64,000 bases of DNA from positions 33,666,001-33,730,000 of the forward strand of contig OZ024754.1 of assembly GCA_964016885.1 (NCBI GenBank), given 5' to 3'. The notes beneath the pieces were generated by a model. That model made no database searches. It worked only from the letters and a program-made list of their open reading frames with translations, and was not told the origin of the DNA. Positions 14,059 to 26,086 of this stretch are shown here, one piece after another (position 1 is the first letter of the stretch; every line of letters starts with the position of its first letter). A program made the position numbers and the translations under genes. Source of the DNA: Eledone cirrhosa. Its lineage: Eukaryota.

Positions 14059-14450
14059 ATATAATATAATATAATATAATATAATATAATATAATATATA
14101 CAAATACACCACATATAGAATAAAGGTAATGATATATAATGATGAAATATCACGGCCAGATATCTATATGTTATCTCGACAGTATCCTTAAGTGAAGCTT
14201 TGGTTAATAAAAGAAAAAAAAGACTGTCAAATATCTTCTCTAAATATCACTTTTCCCACATCACATCTCAGTTGCAGACATATCTACCAAAGATCTCTCA
14301 CTCTCTGTGACAGTGATTCACTGACTAAGGAAATTCCATTTGACAATCTCATGAGATAAAACACCTGAGTTAAGCTTCTTAAAGAAAAGTTTAAATCTGT
14401 CAGTTTTTTTGTCTTTATTTTCTTTTTCTTTGTTCATTTTATTGCTTTTC

Positions 14451-15202
14451 TGTTGTTGTTGTTGGTGGTGGTGGTGGTGGTGGTGGTGGTGGTGGTGGTG
14501 GTGGTGGTGGTGGTGATGGTGGTGGTTATGATAGTGTTGGTGGTGGTTTTGGTGGTGGTGGTGGTGGTGGTTATGATAGTGTTGGTAGTGGTGGTGGTTT
14601 TGGTGGTGGTGGTGGTGGTGGTGGTGGTGGTGGTGGTTATGATAGTGTTGGTAGTGGTGGTGGTTTTGGTGGTTTTGGTGGTGGTGGTGGTGGTGGTGGT
14701 TATGATAGTGTTGGTAGTGGTGGTGGTTTTGGTGGTGGTGGTGGTGGTTTTGGTGGTGGTAGTGGTTGTGGTTTTGGTGGTGGTGGTTATGATAGTGTTG
14801 GTAGTGGTGGTGGTGGGGGCGGTGGTGACGGTGGTGGTGATAGTGGTGGTGGTGGTGGAGGTGGTGGTAGTTGTGATGGTGGTGGTGGTGGTGGTGGTGG
14901 TGGTGGTTATGGTAATGTTGGTGGTTTTGGTGATGGTAGTGGTGGTGGTTATGATAGTGTTGGTAGTGGTGGTGGTGGAGGTGGTGGTAGTTGTGATGAT
15001 GGTGGTGGTGGTGGTTATGGTAATGTTGGTGGTTTTGGTGGTGGTAGTGGTGGTGGTGGTGGTGGTGGTGGTTATGATAGTGTTGGTAGTGGCGGTGGTT
15101 TTGGTGGTGGTGGTGGTGATGGTGACGGTGGTGGTGATAGTAATGGTTGTGGTGGAGGTGGTGATGGTTATGGTAGTGTTGGTGGTTGGTGGTGGCGGTG
15201 GT
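14451..15202. repeat. Compound (GGT)n repeat
   Basis: Direct reading. Confidence 0.95.
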
Positions 15203-15801
15203 TTTCTGGGGAAAAGCGGACATAAAATGATGATGATGATGATGATGATGATATATACATATATATATTGAGGCATAGAACGAAAAACCTGTTGATGACG
15301 TGAGTCCACTGTTCAATCATAAAATACCACAAGCTTGCATATTGCGTAAGTTGGATTGATGATTTCAGATTCATAGAAACCTATCAGACGTATTGCATAA
15401 TATCGTTCGATACGTCCAGGTCAGTTGTCTAATCTGATTAGTTTTTTCATTGATTTGGTATTGTGTGGCTAGGTTTACCTGCTGCAATTTTCAATTTGTC
15501 AAGCTGTCTAAACGCACATTATTACTCTAAGGCCTATAACCTTATCGAGTGCTTTGCCACACATTCCTAATCGTAGGTCATTAGTTTGAGCCACAGCCAA
15601 AGCTTCGATTTTACTAAGCTTCCACTTGTATTATATATACATATATATTATATTTCCGTGGAAAAGGTAAAGGAAAGAATAGTGTTCTATGTATAGTACA
15701 TAATAAACAACACAATATAATTATTCCATTACCAAAGGTTTCAAGAAACTAGACAATTCTTACAGAAATGTCTGGCCCGTTCATCAGATGAAATAGATAA
15801 C

Positions 15802-15875
15802 TATTTCATCTGATGAACAGGCCAGACGTTTCTGTAAGGATTGTCTAGTTTCTTGAAACCTTTGGTAATGGAATA
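15802..15875 (+). ncRNA. Type I hammerhead ribozyme motif (mirror copy on - strand at 15722-15795)
   Basis: tatttcat-CTGATGA-stem II-GAAA-cc ttt gg-TA-atggaata; 8-bp helix I with one G-U pair; GUA cleavage triplet. Confidence 0.62.
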
Positions 15876-15898
15876 ATTATATTGTGTTGTTTATTATG

Positions 15899-15932
<34 letters not shown>

Positions 15933-18582
15933 TATTTCACTGGTAGTGATCAGGTCAGAGAATTTGTCCTTACACTGAGGGAGTCCCTTGACAAGTTGGC
16001 AACGTCACAACTTGAGTGCACTTTAATTGCACTTTCGCTGCATACTAATCAGCAAAGCAATGGAAGAAATAAGAGTGACTTATGTTGAAAGATATCAGTG
16101 ATGTATACACCAGATAATATCAGTGATGTATATTCCAGATAATATCAATGATGTATACACCAGATAATATCAGTGATGTATATTCCAGATAATATCAGTG
16201 ATATATACTCCAGATAATATCAGTGATGTATACTCCAGATAATATCAGTGATGTATATTCTAGATAATATCAGTGATGTATACTCCAGATAATATCAGTG
16301 ATGTATACTCCAGATAATATCAATGATGTATACTCCAGATAATATCAGTGATGTATACTCCAGATAATATCAGTGATGTATACTCCAGATAATATCAGTG
16401 ATGTATACACCAAATAATATCAGTGATGTATATTCCAGATAATATCAGTGATGTATATTCCAGATAATATCAGTGATGTATACACCAGATAATATCAGTG
16501 ATGTATATTCCAGATAATATCAGTGATGTATATTCCAGATAATATCAGTGATGTATATTCCAGATAATATCAGTGATGTATACACCAGATAATATCAGTG
16601 ATGTATACTCCAGATAATATCAGTGATATATATTCCAGATAATATCAGTGATGTATATTCCAGATAATATCAGTGATGTATATTCCAGATAATATCAGTG
16701 ATGTATACACCAGATAATATCAGTGATGTATACACCAGATAATATCAGTGATGTATACACCAGATAATATCAGTGATGTATACTCCAGATAATATCAGTG
16801 ATGTATACACCAGATAATATCAGTGATGTATATTCCAGATAATATCAATGATGTATACTCCAGATAATATCAGTGATGTATACTCCAGATAATATCATAT
16901 TCCAGATAATATCAATGATGTATATTCCAGATAATATCAGTGATGTATACTCCAGATAATATCAGTGATGTATACTCCAGATAATATCAGTGATGTATAC
17001 ACCAGATAATATCACTGATGTATATTCCAGATAATATCAGTGATGTATACTCCAGATAATATCAGTGATGTATATTCCAGATAATATCAATGATGTATAT
17101 TCCAGATAATATCACTGATGTATACTCCAGATAATATCAGTGATGTATACACCAGATAATATCAGTGATGTATACTCCAGATAATATCAGTGATGTATAC
17201 ACCAGATAATATCAGTGATGTATACACCAGATAATATCAGTGATGTATACACCAGATAATATCAGTGATGTATACTCCAGATAATATCAGTGATGTATAC
17301 ACCAGATAATATCAGTGATGTATACACCAGATAATATCACTGATGTATATTCCAGATAATATCAGTGATGTATACTCCAGATAATAGCAGTGATGTATAT
17401 TCCAGATAATATCAATGATGTATATTCCAGATAATATCATATTCCAGATAATATCAATGATGTATATTCCAGATAATATCAGTGATGTATACTCCAGATA
17501 ATATCAGTGATGTATACTCCAGATAATATCAGTGATGTATACACCAGATAATATCACTGATGTATATTCCAGATAATATCACTGATGTATATTCCAGATA
17601 ATATCACTGATGTATACTCCAGATAATATCAGTGATGTATACACCAGATAATATCAGTGATGTATACTCCAGATAATATCATATTCCAGATAATATCAAT
17701 GATGTATATTCCAGATAATATCAGTGATGTATACACCAGATAATATCATATTCCAGATAATATCATATTCCAGATAATATCAATGATGTATATTCCAGAT
17801 AATATCAGTGATGTATACTCCAGATAATATCATATTCCAGATAATATCAGTGATGTATACTCCAGATAATATCAGTGATGTATACACCAGATAATATCAG
17901 TGATGTATACTCCAGATAATATCAGTGATGTATACTCCAGATAATATCAGTGATGTATACTCCAGATAATATCAGTGATGTATATTCCAGATAATATCAG
18001 TGATGTATACTCCAGATAATATCAGTGATGTATACACCAGATAATATCAGTGATATATACTCCAGATAATATCAGTGATGTATACACCAGATAATATCAG
18101 TGATGTATACTCCAGATAATATCAGTGATGTATACACCAGATAATATCAGTGATGTATATTCCAGATAATATCAGTGATGTATATTCCAGATAATATCAA
18201 TGATGTATATTCCAGATAATATCAATGATGTATATTCCAGATAATATCAGTGATGTATACTCCAGATAATATCAGTGATGTATACTCCAGATAATATCAG
18301 TGATGTATACTCCAGATAATATCAGTGATGTATACTCCAGATAATATCAGTGATGTATATTCCAGATAATATCAGTGATGTATACTCCAGATAATATCAG
18401 TGATGTATACTCCAGATAATATCAGTGATGTATACACCAGATAATATCAGTGATGTATACTCCAGATAATATCAGTGATGTATACACCAGATAATATCAG
18501 TGATGTATACACCAGATAATATCAGTGATGTATACACCAGATAATATCAGTGATGTATATTCCAGATAATATCAGTGATGTA

Positions 18583-21281
18583 TCATCATCATCATCATCA
18601 TCATCACCGTTTTACGTCCGTTCTTCCACGCTAGCATGGGTTAGACGGGTTGTCCTGTTGTGGGCAGTGTCTGGTCGGCTGACCATGCCTTGCTCATACA
18701 GGAACTGATCTGGCTTGATTTCTACAGCTGGATGCCCTTCCTAACACCAACCTCATTTACAGTGAGTGCTGGGTGCTTTTTCGTGGCGCCTACACGTCCA
18801 CTTTACAGTGTGGGCTGGGTGCTTTTTTGCCGTGGCACCTCCACGACCACCTTGCGGTGGGGGGGGGGGGGGGGGGGCATATTGTTTATATGCTTCAGCA
18901 TGTACCCATGGGAGGTCGGGTACCCTGTATTACTGCGTGACGCCAGAAGTCACGGTCGTGTGTCATTGACTTTGAGAGGTGTAGTTGGGTAAGGTCGGCT
19001 TTTATCACCTCATCCCAAGTCATCTTGGGTCTCCCCACTCCGCGATTTCCATCAACTTCTAGTGCTCTGCACCTTTTTATGCAGCTGTCATCCTTCATAC
19101 GCATCACATGTCCATACCAGCGTAACCGCCTCTCCTGCACGCAGCATTTGATTCCTCTTATGCTCAGTCTCTCTCTCAATTCATTTATGCTTTGTCGTTC
19201 ACGTATATTACTGTTACACATCCATCGGAGCATGCAGGCTTCGTTTCTCTCTAATCTACGTAAGTCTTCCACCTTCAGCGCCCAGGTCTCACTACCATGC
19301 AACATCGCTGTTCGGATACACGCATCATACAGTCTGCCTTTCATTCTGAGGGAGAAGCCTTTTGCAGCTAGCAGTGGTAGTAGTTCCCTAAACTTCTTCC
19401 ATCCCGTTCTTACCCTAGTTATTGTACTTTCTGAGCACCCACCTCCGTTGCTAATTCGGTCACCTAGGTAGCAGAAGCTGTCTACTGTTTCTACAGGGCC
19501 CTCCCAGAGATTGGTGGTACTTGTTTCCTGTGGCTGTTTGCTTGCTGTTTCAGCACAGCTGCTGCATGTGAATCCTACATTCTTAATTAAGCTTCCTGAG
19601 ATCCCGCTACATCTCTTGTGTACCCATTGTTTGCATTTGGGGCAAAGAATGGAGTTCCTACCTACACCTTTCCTACATACTGAGCAAGGCCATTTCCCTG
19701 AGGGGATCTGGGTTCTGTTTTCTCGTCTACTTATAAGGACCTTAGTCTTTGTCATGTTGACTTTGAGGCCCTTTCTCTCTAGTCCCTGCTTCCAGGTTTG
19801 GAATTTATTCTCTAGTTCTACCATAGATTCAGCTATGAGTGCGAGGTCATCAGCATACAGGAGTTCCCATGGGCATCCGGTCTTAAACTCCTCCGTTATT
19901 GCCTGCAGGACTATGATGAACAGGAGAGGGCTAAGAACAGAGCCCTGGTGGACCCCAACCTGTACGCTAAATTCCTCGCTATACTCATTGCCAATCCTAA
20001 CTTTGCTGACTGCTCCCCTATACATGGCTTGTACCGCTTTCACAAGCCATTCATCTACTCCTAGTTTTCTAAGAGCCCACCAGATTACTGCACGTGGAAC
20101 TCTGTCAAAGGCTTTCTCAAGGTCGACAAATGCCAAGTAGAGTGGCTTACTTTTAGCTAGGTACTTTTCCTGTAATTGCCTCACAAGGAAGAGCGCATCA
20201 GTGGTGCCCTTCCCTGGAACAAACCCAAATTGCATCTCGTCTATATTCACCCGGTCCCTAATCAGCTGTGCTATAACTCTTTCTGTTACTTTCATGACCT
20301 GGTCCATCAACTTTATACCTCTATAGTTTCCTCTATCTAGTGCATCGCCTTTACCTTTGTAGCAGTTGACAATGATGCTACTGCACCAATCTTTTGGTAT
20401 GGCCCCCTCTAGTATTACCTGGTTAACGATACGTGTGGTTATAGTGTGACCTACAGACCCAGATGCCTTCAGCATCTCGGCAGCTATACCCGATGGACCG
20501 GTTGCCTTCCCTATCTTCATATCTCTGATTGCCTTACTTACTACGCTGCCGCTGACTTGTACTGCTGGTCCCTCTATAGGGTCTACGTGGGGTAGGGTCT
20601 CTTCTTCCCATGCATTCTCCTCATTTAGTAATCTATCATAATGACTCTTCCATGCATCTTTCTTCTCAGCACTTGTGAGGGCAAGCTCACCTTTATCATT
20701 CCGGATACACTTCTCTCCAATGACATCACAACTATCTCTGACACACTGCCTCGCAATCTTGAATACCTCCTGTTTCTGGTCCTCACGTTGTAAAACATGC
20801 TTGAATTTTCTATCCTCTGCTTCCCTCCTAGCTAAGTATACTTGTCGCCTAGCTTCCCTCTTGGTCTCTATGTAATGTACCCTGCTCCCCCCGTTCTTCC
20901 ATTCTTTCCATGCCTGTCTCTTGGCCTTGACTGCTTCATCTACCTTATTGTTCCACCACCAAGTCACTCTCCTCCTGCTTGAGGTCTTACTCCAGCCACA
21001 AACCTCATCCGTCGCCTCTAGTAAGTTATTTTTTAGGAACTCCCAGTTCTCTTCTACGTTAAATGTCTCTATCTGTTCTTCTTTACTGTCGTAGGCGTTG
21101 AGTAAAATATCTTTAAATCTGTTACTGGTTGAGGGGACTTTCAGCTTCCAGATCTTTCTTCTCCAGGTTGGCCTCTGTTTCAGGGCTCGTCTAGTTCTGA
21201 CCGTGAGGTCGCTGACAACTAAGCTATGTTGGGATGTACATTCCTCACTAGGGAAGGCTTTTGTGTTTACGACCGTCCATC
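18583..21281 (-). mobile_element. RTE-clade LINE, 5'-truncated, with 3' UTR and (GAT)n tail, inserted in a 25-bp satellite
   Basis: Stop-free RT frame, 3' UTR ending in GAT repeats, satellite units on both sides. Confidence 0.95.
18895..21279 (-). CDS. RTE LINE ORF (end of APE endonuclease + reverse transcriptase + PHD-like Zn finger), 5'-truncated
   Basis: Track ORF 18895..20967 has NYRGIKL, QFGF, AFVDLEKAFD, GVHQGSVLSPLLF, YADD and YLG. Manual translation stays open to 21279 (...EECTSQHSLVVSD..., end of the APE domain). Confidence 0.93.
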   Translation of the reverse strand, partial: WTVVNTKAFPSEECTSQHSLVVSDLTVRTRRALKQRPTWRRKIWKLKVPSTSNRFKDILLNAYDSKEEQIETFNVEENWEFLKNNLLEATDEVCGWSKTSSRRRVTWWWNNKVDEAVKAKRQAWKEWKNGGSRVHYIETKREARRQVYLARREAEDRKFKHVLQREDQKQEVFKIARQCVRDSCDVIGEKCIRNDKGELALTSAEKKDAWKSHYDRLLNEENAWEEETLPHVDPIEGPAVQVSGSVVSKAIRDMKIGKATGPSGIAAEMLKASGSVGHTITTRIVNQVILEGAIPKDWCSSIIVNCYKGKGDALDRGNYRGIKLMDQVMKVTERVIAQLIRDRVNIDEMQFGFVPGKGTTDALFLVRQLQEKYLAKSKPLYLAFVDLEKAFDRVPRAVIWWALRKLGVDEWLVKAVQAMYRGAVSKVRIGNEYSEEFSVQVGVHQGSVLSPLLFIIVLQAITEEFKTGCPWELLYADDLALIAESMVELENKFQTWKQGLERKGLKVNMTKTKVLISRRENRTQIPSGKWPCSVCRKGVGRNSILCPKCKQWVHKRCSGISGSLIKNVGFTCSSCAETASKQPQETSTTNLWEGPVETVDSFCYLGDRISNGGGCSESTITRVRTGWKKFRELLPLLAAKGFSLRMKGRLYDACIRTAMLHGSETWALKVEDLRRLERNEACMLRWMCNSNIRERQSINELRERLSIRGIKCCVQERRLRWYGHVMRMKDDSCIKRCRALEVDGNRGVGRPKMTWDEVIKADLTQLHLSKSMTHDRDFWRHAVIQGTRPPMGTC

Positions 21282-22140
21282 TGTATACTCCAGATAATAT
21301 CAGTGATGTATATTCCAGATAATATCAGTGATGTATACACCAAATAATATCAGTGATGTATATTCCAGATAATATCAGTGATGTATATTCCAGATAATAT
21401 CAGTGATGTATACACCAGATAATATCAGTGATGTATACACCAGATAATATCAGTGATGTATATTCCAGATAATATCAGTGATGTATACTCCAGATAATAT
21501 CAGTGATGTATATTCCAGATAATATCAGTGATGTATACACCAGATAATATCAGTGATGTATATTCCAGATAATATCAGTGATGTATATTCCAGATAATAT
21601 CAGTGATGTATACACCAGATAATATCAGTGATGTATACTCCAGATAATATCAGTGATGTATATTCCAGATAATATCAGTGATGTATACACCAGATAATAT
21701 CAGTGATGTATACTCCAGATAATATCAGTGATGTATACTCCAGATAATATCAGTGATGTATATTCCAGATAATATCAGTGATGTATACACCAAATAATAT
21801 CAGTGATGTATATTCCAGATAATATCAGTGATGTATACTCCAGATAATATCAGTGATGTATATTCCAGATAATATCAGTGATGTATATTCCAGATAATAT
21901 CAGTGATGTATACAGCAGCAACAACCAGCATTTTAACGTCATTTTTCCTGACGAAACAGTGCTTAATCTTGCAGACCCCATGATAGGTTTCATACTCATC
22001 ATGAGGTCCTTTGTTTGAGCCATTCTTTTACAGTTAGATGCCCTTCCTGGCATGAAAATATTTAGTCACTATTTTCAAAACACAGGGATACAGTATACTT
22101 ATTCTAAACTGGATTGAACAAAAACAAACAAACATAGTTA

Positions 22141-22309
22141 CCGTATTTCCTGGCGCTGAAGACACTTCATCTTCGAGGACGCACCCTAATTTGGACAACC
22201 AAAAATTTGAAGGAAAATAATAAACAACCTTTGGCCTCCAGGACGCATGGTGGTTTTTTTTAGATTTATTTTAGGAAAAAAGTAGCGTCTTTGACGCCAG
22301 GAAATATGG
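22141..22309 (+). mobile_element. Tc2/pogo-like MITE
   Basis: TA|CCGTATTTCCTGGCG ... CGCCAGGAAATATGG|TA. Confidence 0.85.
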
Positions 22310-23112
22310 TACATTATATTGGTAGTACTTTTGTGGCATATAGTTACAGCCCTTTAAATTCTGAGTTCAAATCCTGCCAAGGTTACCTTTGCCTTTCATC
22401 CTTACTGGGTCGATTAAATAAAGTACCAGTAATGCAGTGGGATCGATTTAATCGACTTTCCCTTCTCTAAAAAATTGTTGGCCTTGCACCTAAATCAGAA
22501 ACCATTATATTGGTAGTTAAAATAGCAACTAGTCAAGATGGAAGATAAAGTTTAGTTTAAGCAAGATGTTTCTTTAGAAGTTGATCTTTAGAAGAAAGAA
22601 GACCCCTTGTAGCAAAATAGAAGAATCTGCAACTGTAAAAGACCGACCACCTGATTAGAATTATTGATGTGGTTCTTAACTTTTATCTTCTAAAATAATA
22701 CCTCACAGGCAGGAATGGCAATTCCAGTTAAAGTTGTTTTTTTTCTGTTTTGTTCCGATATTTCAATTTACAATTTCCAGCTGATAAAATCGAGATGTTT
22801 ACAAAGATTATAAACCAAAATTGGGAAAGGATTCACTGATTTTAAAAAATAAACTAAATTAAAAATTCAGTAATCTTTTTCCACCTAAAATTTAAATTAG
22901 GAAATATTTTTCAGTATTTTTCCATTAAATATCTGATTTAAGTTCACAAACACACAACTCTAACTATCTGATTCAGTCCTACTGCATACTATTTTGAGTA
23001 AGGAATTTTTAAGACAGCCTTAGGTTGACCAGTATGTTGTGTGTAGAATTTGGGAGAGAGAAACTGAGCAGAAGCCCTTGATATATGTGTGTGTGTGTGT
23101 CTGTGTGTATAT

Positions 23113-23174
<62 letters not shown>

Positions 23175-23181
23175 GTGTGTG

Positions 23182-23524
23182 TAATACAGAGTACCCGACC
23201 TCCCATGAGTACAAGCTGAAGCATATAGACAATATGCCCCCACACCCCCCACTGCAAGGTGGTCGTGGAGGTGCCACGGCAAAAAAGCACCCAGCCCACA
23301 CTGTAAAGTGGACGTGTAGGCGCCACGAAAAAGCACCCAGCACTCACTGTAAATGAGGTTGGTGTTAGGAAGGGCATCCAGCTGTAGAAATCAAGCCAAA
23401 TCAGTTCCTGTATGAGCAAGGCATGGTCAGCCGACCAGACACTGCCCACAACAGGACAACCCGTCTAACCCATGCTAGCGTGGAAGAACGGACGTAAAAC
23501 GGTGATGATGATGATGATGATGAT
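23182..23524 (+). mobile_element. RTE LINE 3' end, near-identical to 18583-18935, opposite orientation
   Basis: The reverse complement matches the 3' UTR of the large RTE almost base for base. Confidence 0.9.
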
Positions 23525-24014
23525 ATAATACTGTAAGGAGAGATGAACACTGATATATAGTTATATGTGTTCAAATCCCAGGGGACAGAGACCGCCAGGG
23601 TAAAGAAAATATTGACAAAAATAGTATCATTCACAGAACCCAATCAAAAAGATAAATTGAGCATTGATAAGTATTGAGTACTCTGGTGTGTTATGGTCCA
23701 CCTGGTATCTTACCAAACCCTCTTTGTTATATATATACATATATATATGTGGAAAAAATGAAATTTCATTTCTCACTCTTAATACGGCTGATACTTAAAT
23801 ATAAGTATGTATATGTACATACATATATGTATACAGACTTACAGTAGTATGTATATATATATATATATACATGCACACATATATATATATGTACGTATGG
23901 GTTTACCGAACATTTATTATAATGTTCAGTTTGTTTGTAAACAAACAGCCCGAATTAATCCGTACAGTGTTCAGCAACCATCGTTGCCCTTTTGTTCAAC
24001 ACTGACAAAGGAAT

Positions 24015-24053
24015 GATGAACTAGTTTCTAGTTTATTAGCTGTCATCAGCACC
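24015..24053 (-). ncRNA. Minimal hammerhead motif in the loop of a long inverted repeat
   Basis: ggtg-CTGATGA-cagctaataaacta-GAAA-ctag-TT-catc; helix II is weak. Confidence 0.45.
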
Positions 24054-24575
24054 ATATACCTTCCTGTTAGTCCTGTTGAACAAAATGACAACGATGGTTG
24101 CCGAACACTGTATGACTTAATTCGGACTGTTTGTTCGGTAAACCCTTACGTACATATATATATATGTGTGCATGTATGTATATACATACTACTGTACGTC
24201 TGTATACATATATGTATGTACGTATACATACTTATATTCATATATATATATGTATATATGTGTTTGTGTGTGAGTCTACGTATGTGTCTGTATCTGTGAC
24301 TATGTCCTGTAACCTAACAGTTCAATAAAAAGGTGAACAAAAAATAAGTACCATGGACAAGTGCCTCAGTATGGTCGCAGTCTTTAACTTCAGTATTTCT
24401 TCATTGCAACCCTTAGCTAATGTTGATTCCCATTTTCAGCTGAATACACAGAAACAATGTGAAATGAAGGGTCAAATGTGCTGTTCCATCTGAGGATCTA
24501 AAAAATAACGGGAGTCTTGGCTTGTCTAGGAGATCAGTATCTACTGCTTCAATATTGACTTGGGTCTATTTAGAC

Positions 24576-25155
24576 CAGGGGCATGCAATCCAGCTACTCT
24601 CCGGGCCGCCAGACCAGTCAGAGTACCCCACAATGACCGTTTTTTATTTTACCATCATCATCATCATCATCATCATCATCGTTTAACGTCTATCTTCCAT
24701 GCTAGCATGGGTTTAGACGGGAATTGTCCTACTTGAGGCAAGATTGGTTGGGTGACCATGTCTCGCTCATATAGGACTGTCTGGTAGGTTTTCTACGGCT
24801 GGATGCCCTTCCTAACACCAACCATGTTTACCAGTAGGCTTATTTAGAATTTTTTTGTAACCGTAATACAATTTTCTGTTAGTTGCCCTCTACTAAAGGG
24901 CTTCACTGATAGGGTTATGTGTTATAATGTCCCAGTTGACCTATACTAAAGGGCTTCACTGATAGGGTTATGTGTTATAATGTCCCAGTTGACCTATACT
25001 AAAGGGCTTCACTGATTGGGTTATGTGTGTTACAATTTCCCAGTTCCATGATATGGAAAGAAGTTGTGGAATAGTGCTTAATAAATATTAATGGCCCTAA
25101 TAGTTGCTCCAATGTTCAAAAGTGGCCCACAAATGGAATATGTTGCCCACCCTTG
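24576..25155. mobile_element. hAT-type MITE with a nested RTE tail and 53-bp tandem
   Basis: CAGGGGCATGCAA / TTGCCCACCCTTG termini; 8-bp TSD atttagac / atgtagac. Confidence 0.65.
24891..25046. repeat. 53-bp tandem repeat, 3 units
   Basis: tactaaagggcttcactgat starts at 24891, 24944 and 24997. Confidence 0.9.
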
Positions 25156-25319
25156 ATGTAGACCCAGCCAACCTTTGCTAGCAGATGTTAAATTGATGAT
25201 GATCATCATTGTCACCCTTACCATTACCCACATGCATTTAATACCATCATGGTCTGTAACTAAACTGCTTCTACATTCCATATGATTTCTACAGCTAGGT
25301 ACCCTTCTTAACACCAGCC

Positions 25320-25880
25320 ACTTTACAGAGTGTATTGGGTGTACCAGCACTACCATTTAACAAAACACACTGGATTCATTTTATTGTGGCACCAACACTA
25401 CTCCTTTACAGAGTGTACTGGGTGTATTTTATTGTGGCACCAGCACTACTACTTTACAGAGTGTACACGGTGTATTTTATTGTGACACCAGCACTACTGC
25501 TTTACAGAGGGTACTGGGTGTATTTTATTGTGACACCAACACTACTACTTTACAGGGTGACAGTGTACTGGGTGTATTTTACTGTGGCACCAGCACTACC
25601 ACTTTACAGAATGTACTGGGTGTATTTTACTGTGGCACCAGCAGTACTACTTTACAGAGTGTACTGGGTGTATTTTATTGTGGCACCAGCACTACCACTT
25701 TACAGAATGTACTGGGTGTATTTTATTGTGGGACCAGCACTACTACTTTACAGGGTGTACTGGGTGTATTTTATTGTAGCACCAACACTACTACTTTACA
25801 GAGTGTACTGCGTGTATTTTATTGTAGCACCAGCACTACTACTTTACAGAGTGTACTGGGCACATTTTATTGAAGCACCA
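25320..25880 (-). repeat. 48-bp minisatellite derived from RTE 3' UTR
   Basis: 16-codon periodicity in track ORF 25335..25958; adjoins an RTE tail motif. Confidence 0.88.
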
Positions 25881-25998
25881 GATTTCACAGCTATCACATC
25901 AGTCCTACATGGTCAGCCTATGAACTTTTCAGCCACCCCTCTTATGAATATTTCCTAACGCTTTGATGTAGTAATGTGTTTTATTTTGTTGTTTCCAG

Positions 25999-26086
25999 GA
26001 ACTTGAGGGATAGAGACCTCTTCTCTAAATCGGACCCTGTGTGTATTCTTTACACTAAGAATTTTAAAAGTGAAACATTTTATGAG
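25999..26086 (+). CDS. CPNE8: Copine (CPNE5/8/9-like) exon, start of C2A domain
   Basis: ttccAG acceptor, GTaagt donor; 88 nt reading (g)NLRDRDLFSKSDPVCILYTKNFKSETFYE with the copine DxFSKSDP motif; ends phase 0. Family call is firm, paralog assignment less so. Confidence 0.93.

Larger units (their letters stand above)
16091..21913. repeat. 25-bp satellite (CAGATAATATCAGTGATGTATAC/TT/AC), ~100 + ~25 units, split by the RTE LINE
   Basis: Direct 25-bp periodicity at 16091-18583 and 21283-21913; occasional 16-bp deleted units. Confidence 0.97.

Noticed and set aside
14318-15316. 332-aa His-rich and 291-aa Thr-rich ORFs as secreted or structural proteins
   Set aside because: They are open in several frames because GGT repeats lack stops; no splice or domain support.
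16091-18583. 25-bp repeat array as a CRISPR locus
   Set aside because: Units are contiguous with no unique spacers, there are no cas genes, and the context is eukaryotic.
19025-20140. + strand ORFs overlapping the RTE
   Set aside because: Antisense shadows of the RT frame with no recognisable motifs.
25335-25958. 207-aa ORF with 16-aa repeats
   Set aside because: Product of the 48-bp RTE-UTR minisatellite read antisense.
1-25998. First coding exon of copine (expected ...VE(I/L)xxSC-R ending in phase 2)
   Set aside because: No convincing match found by eye; it may lie upstream of the window or I may have missed it.
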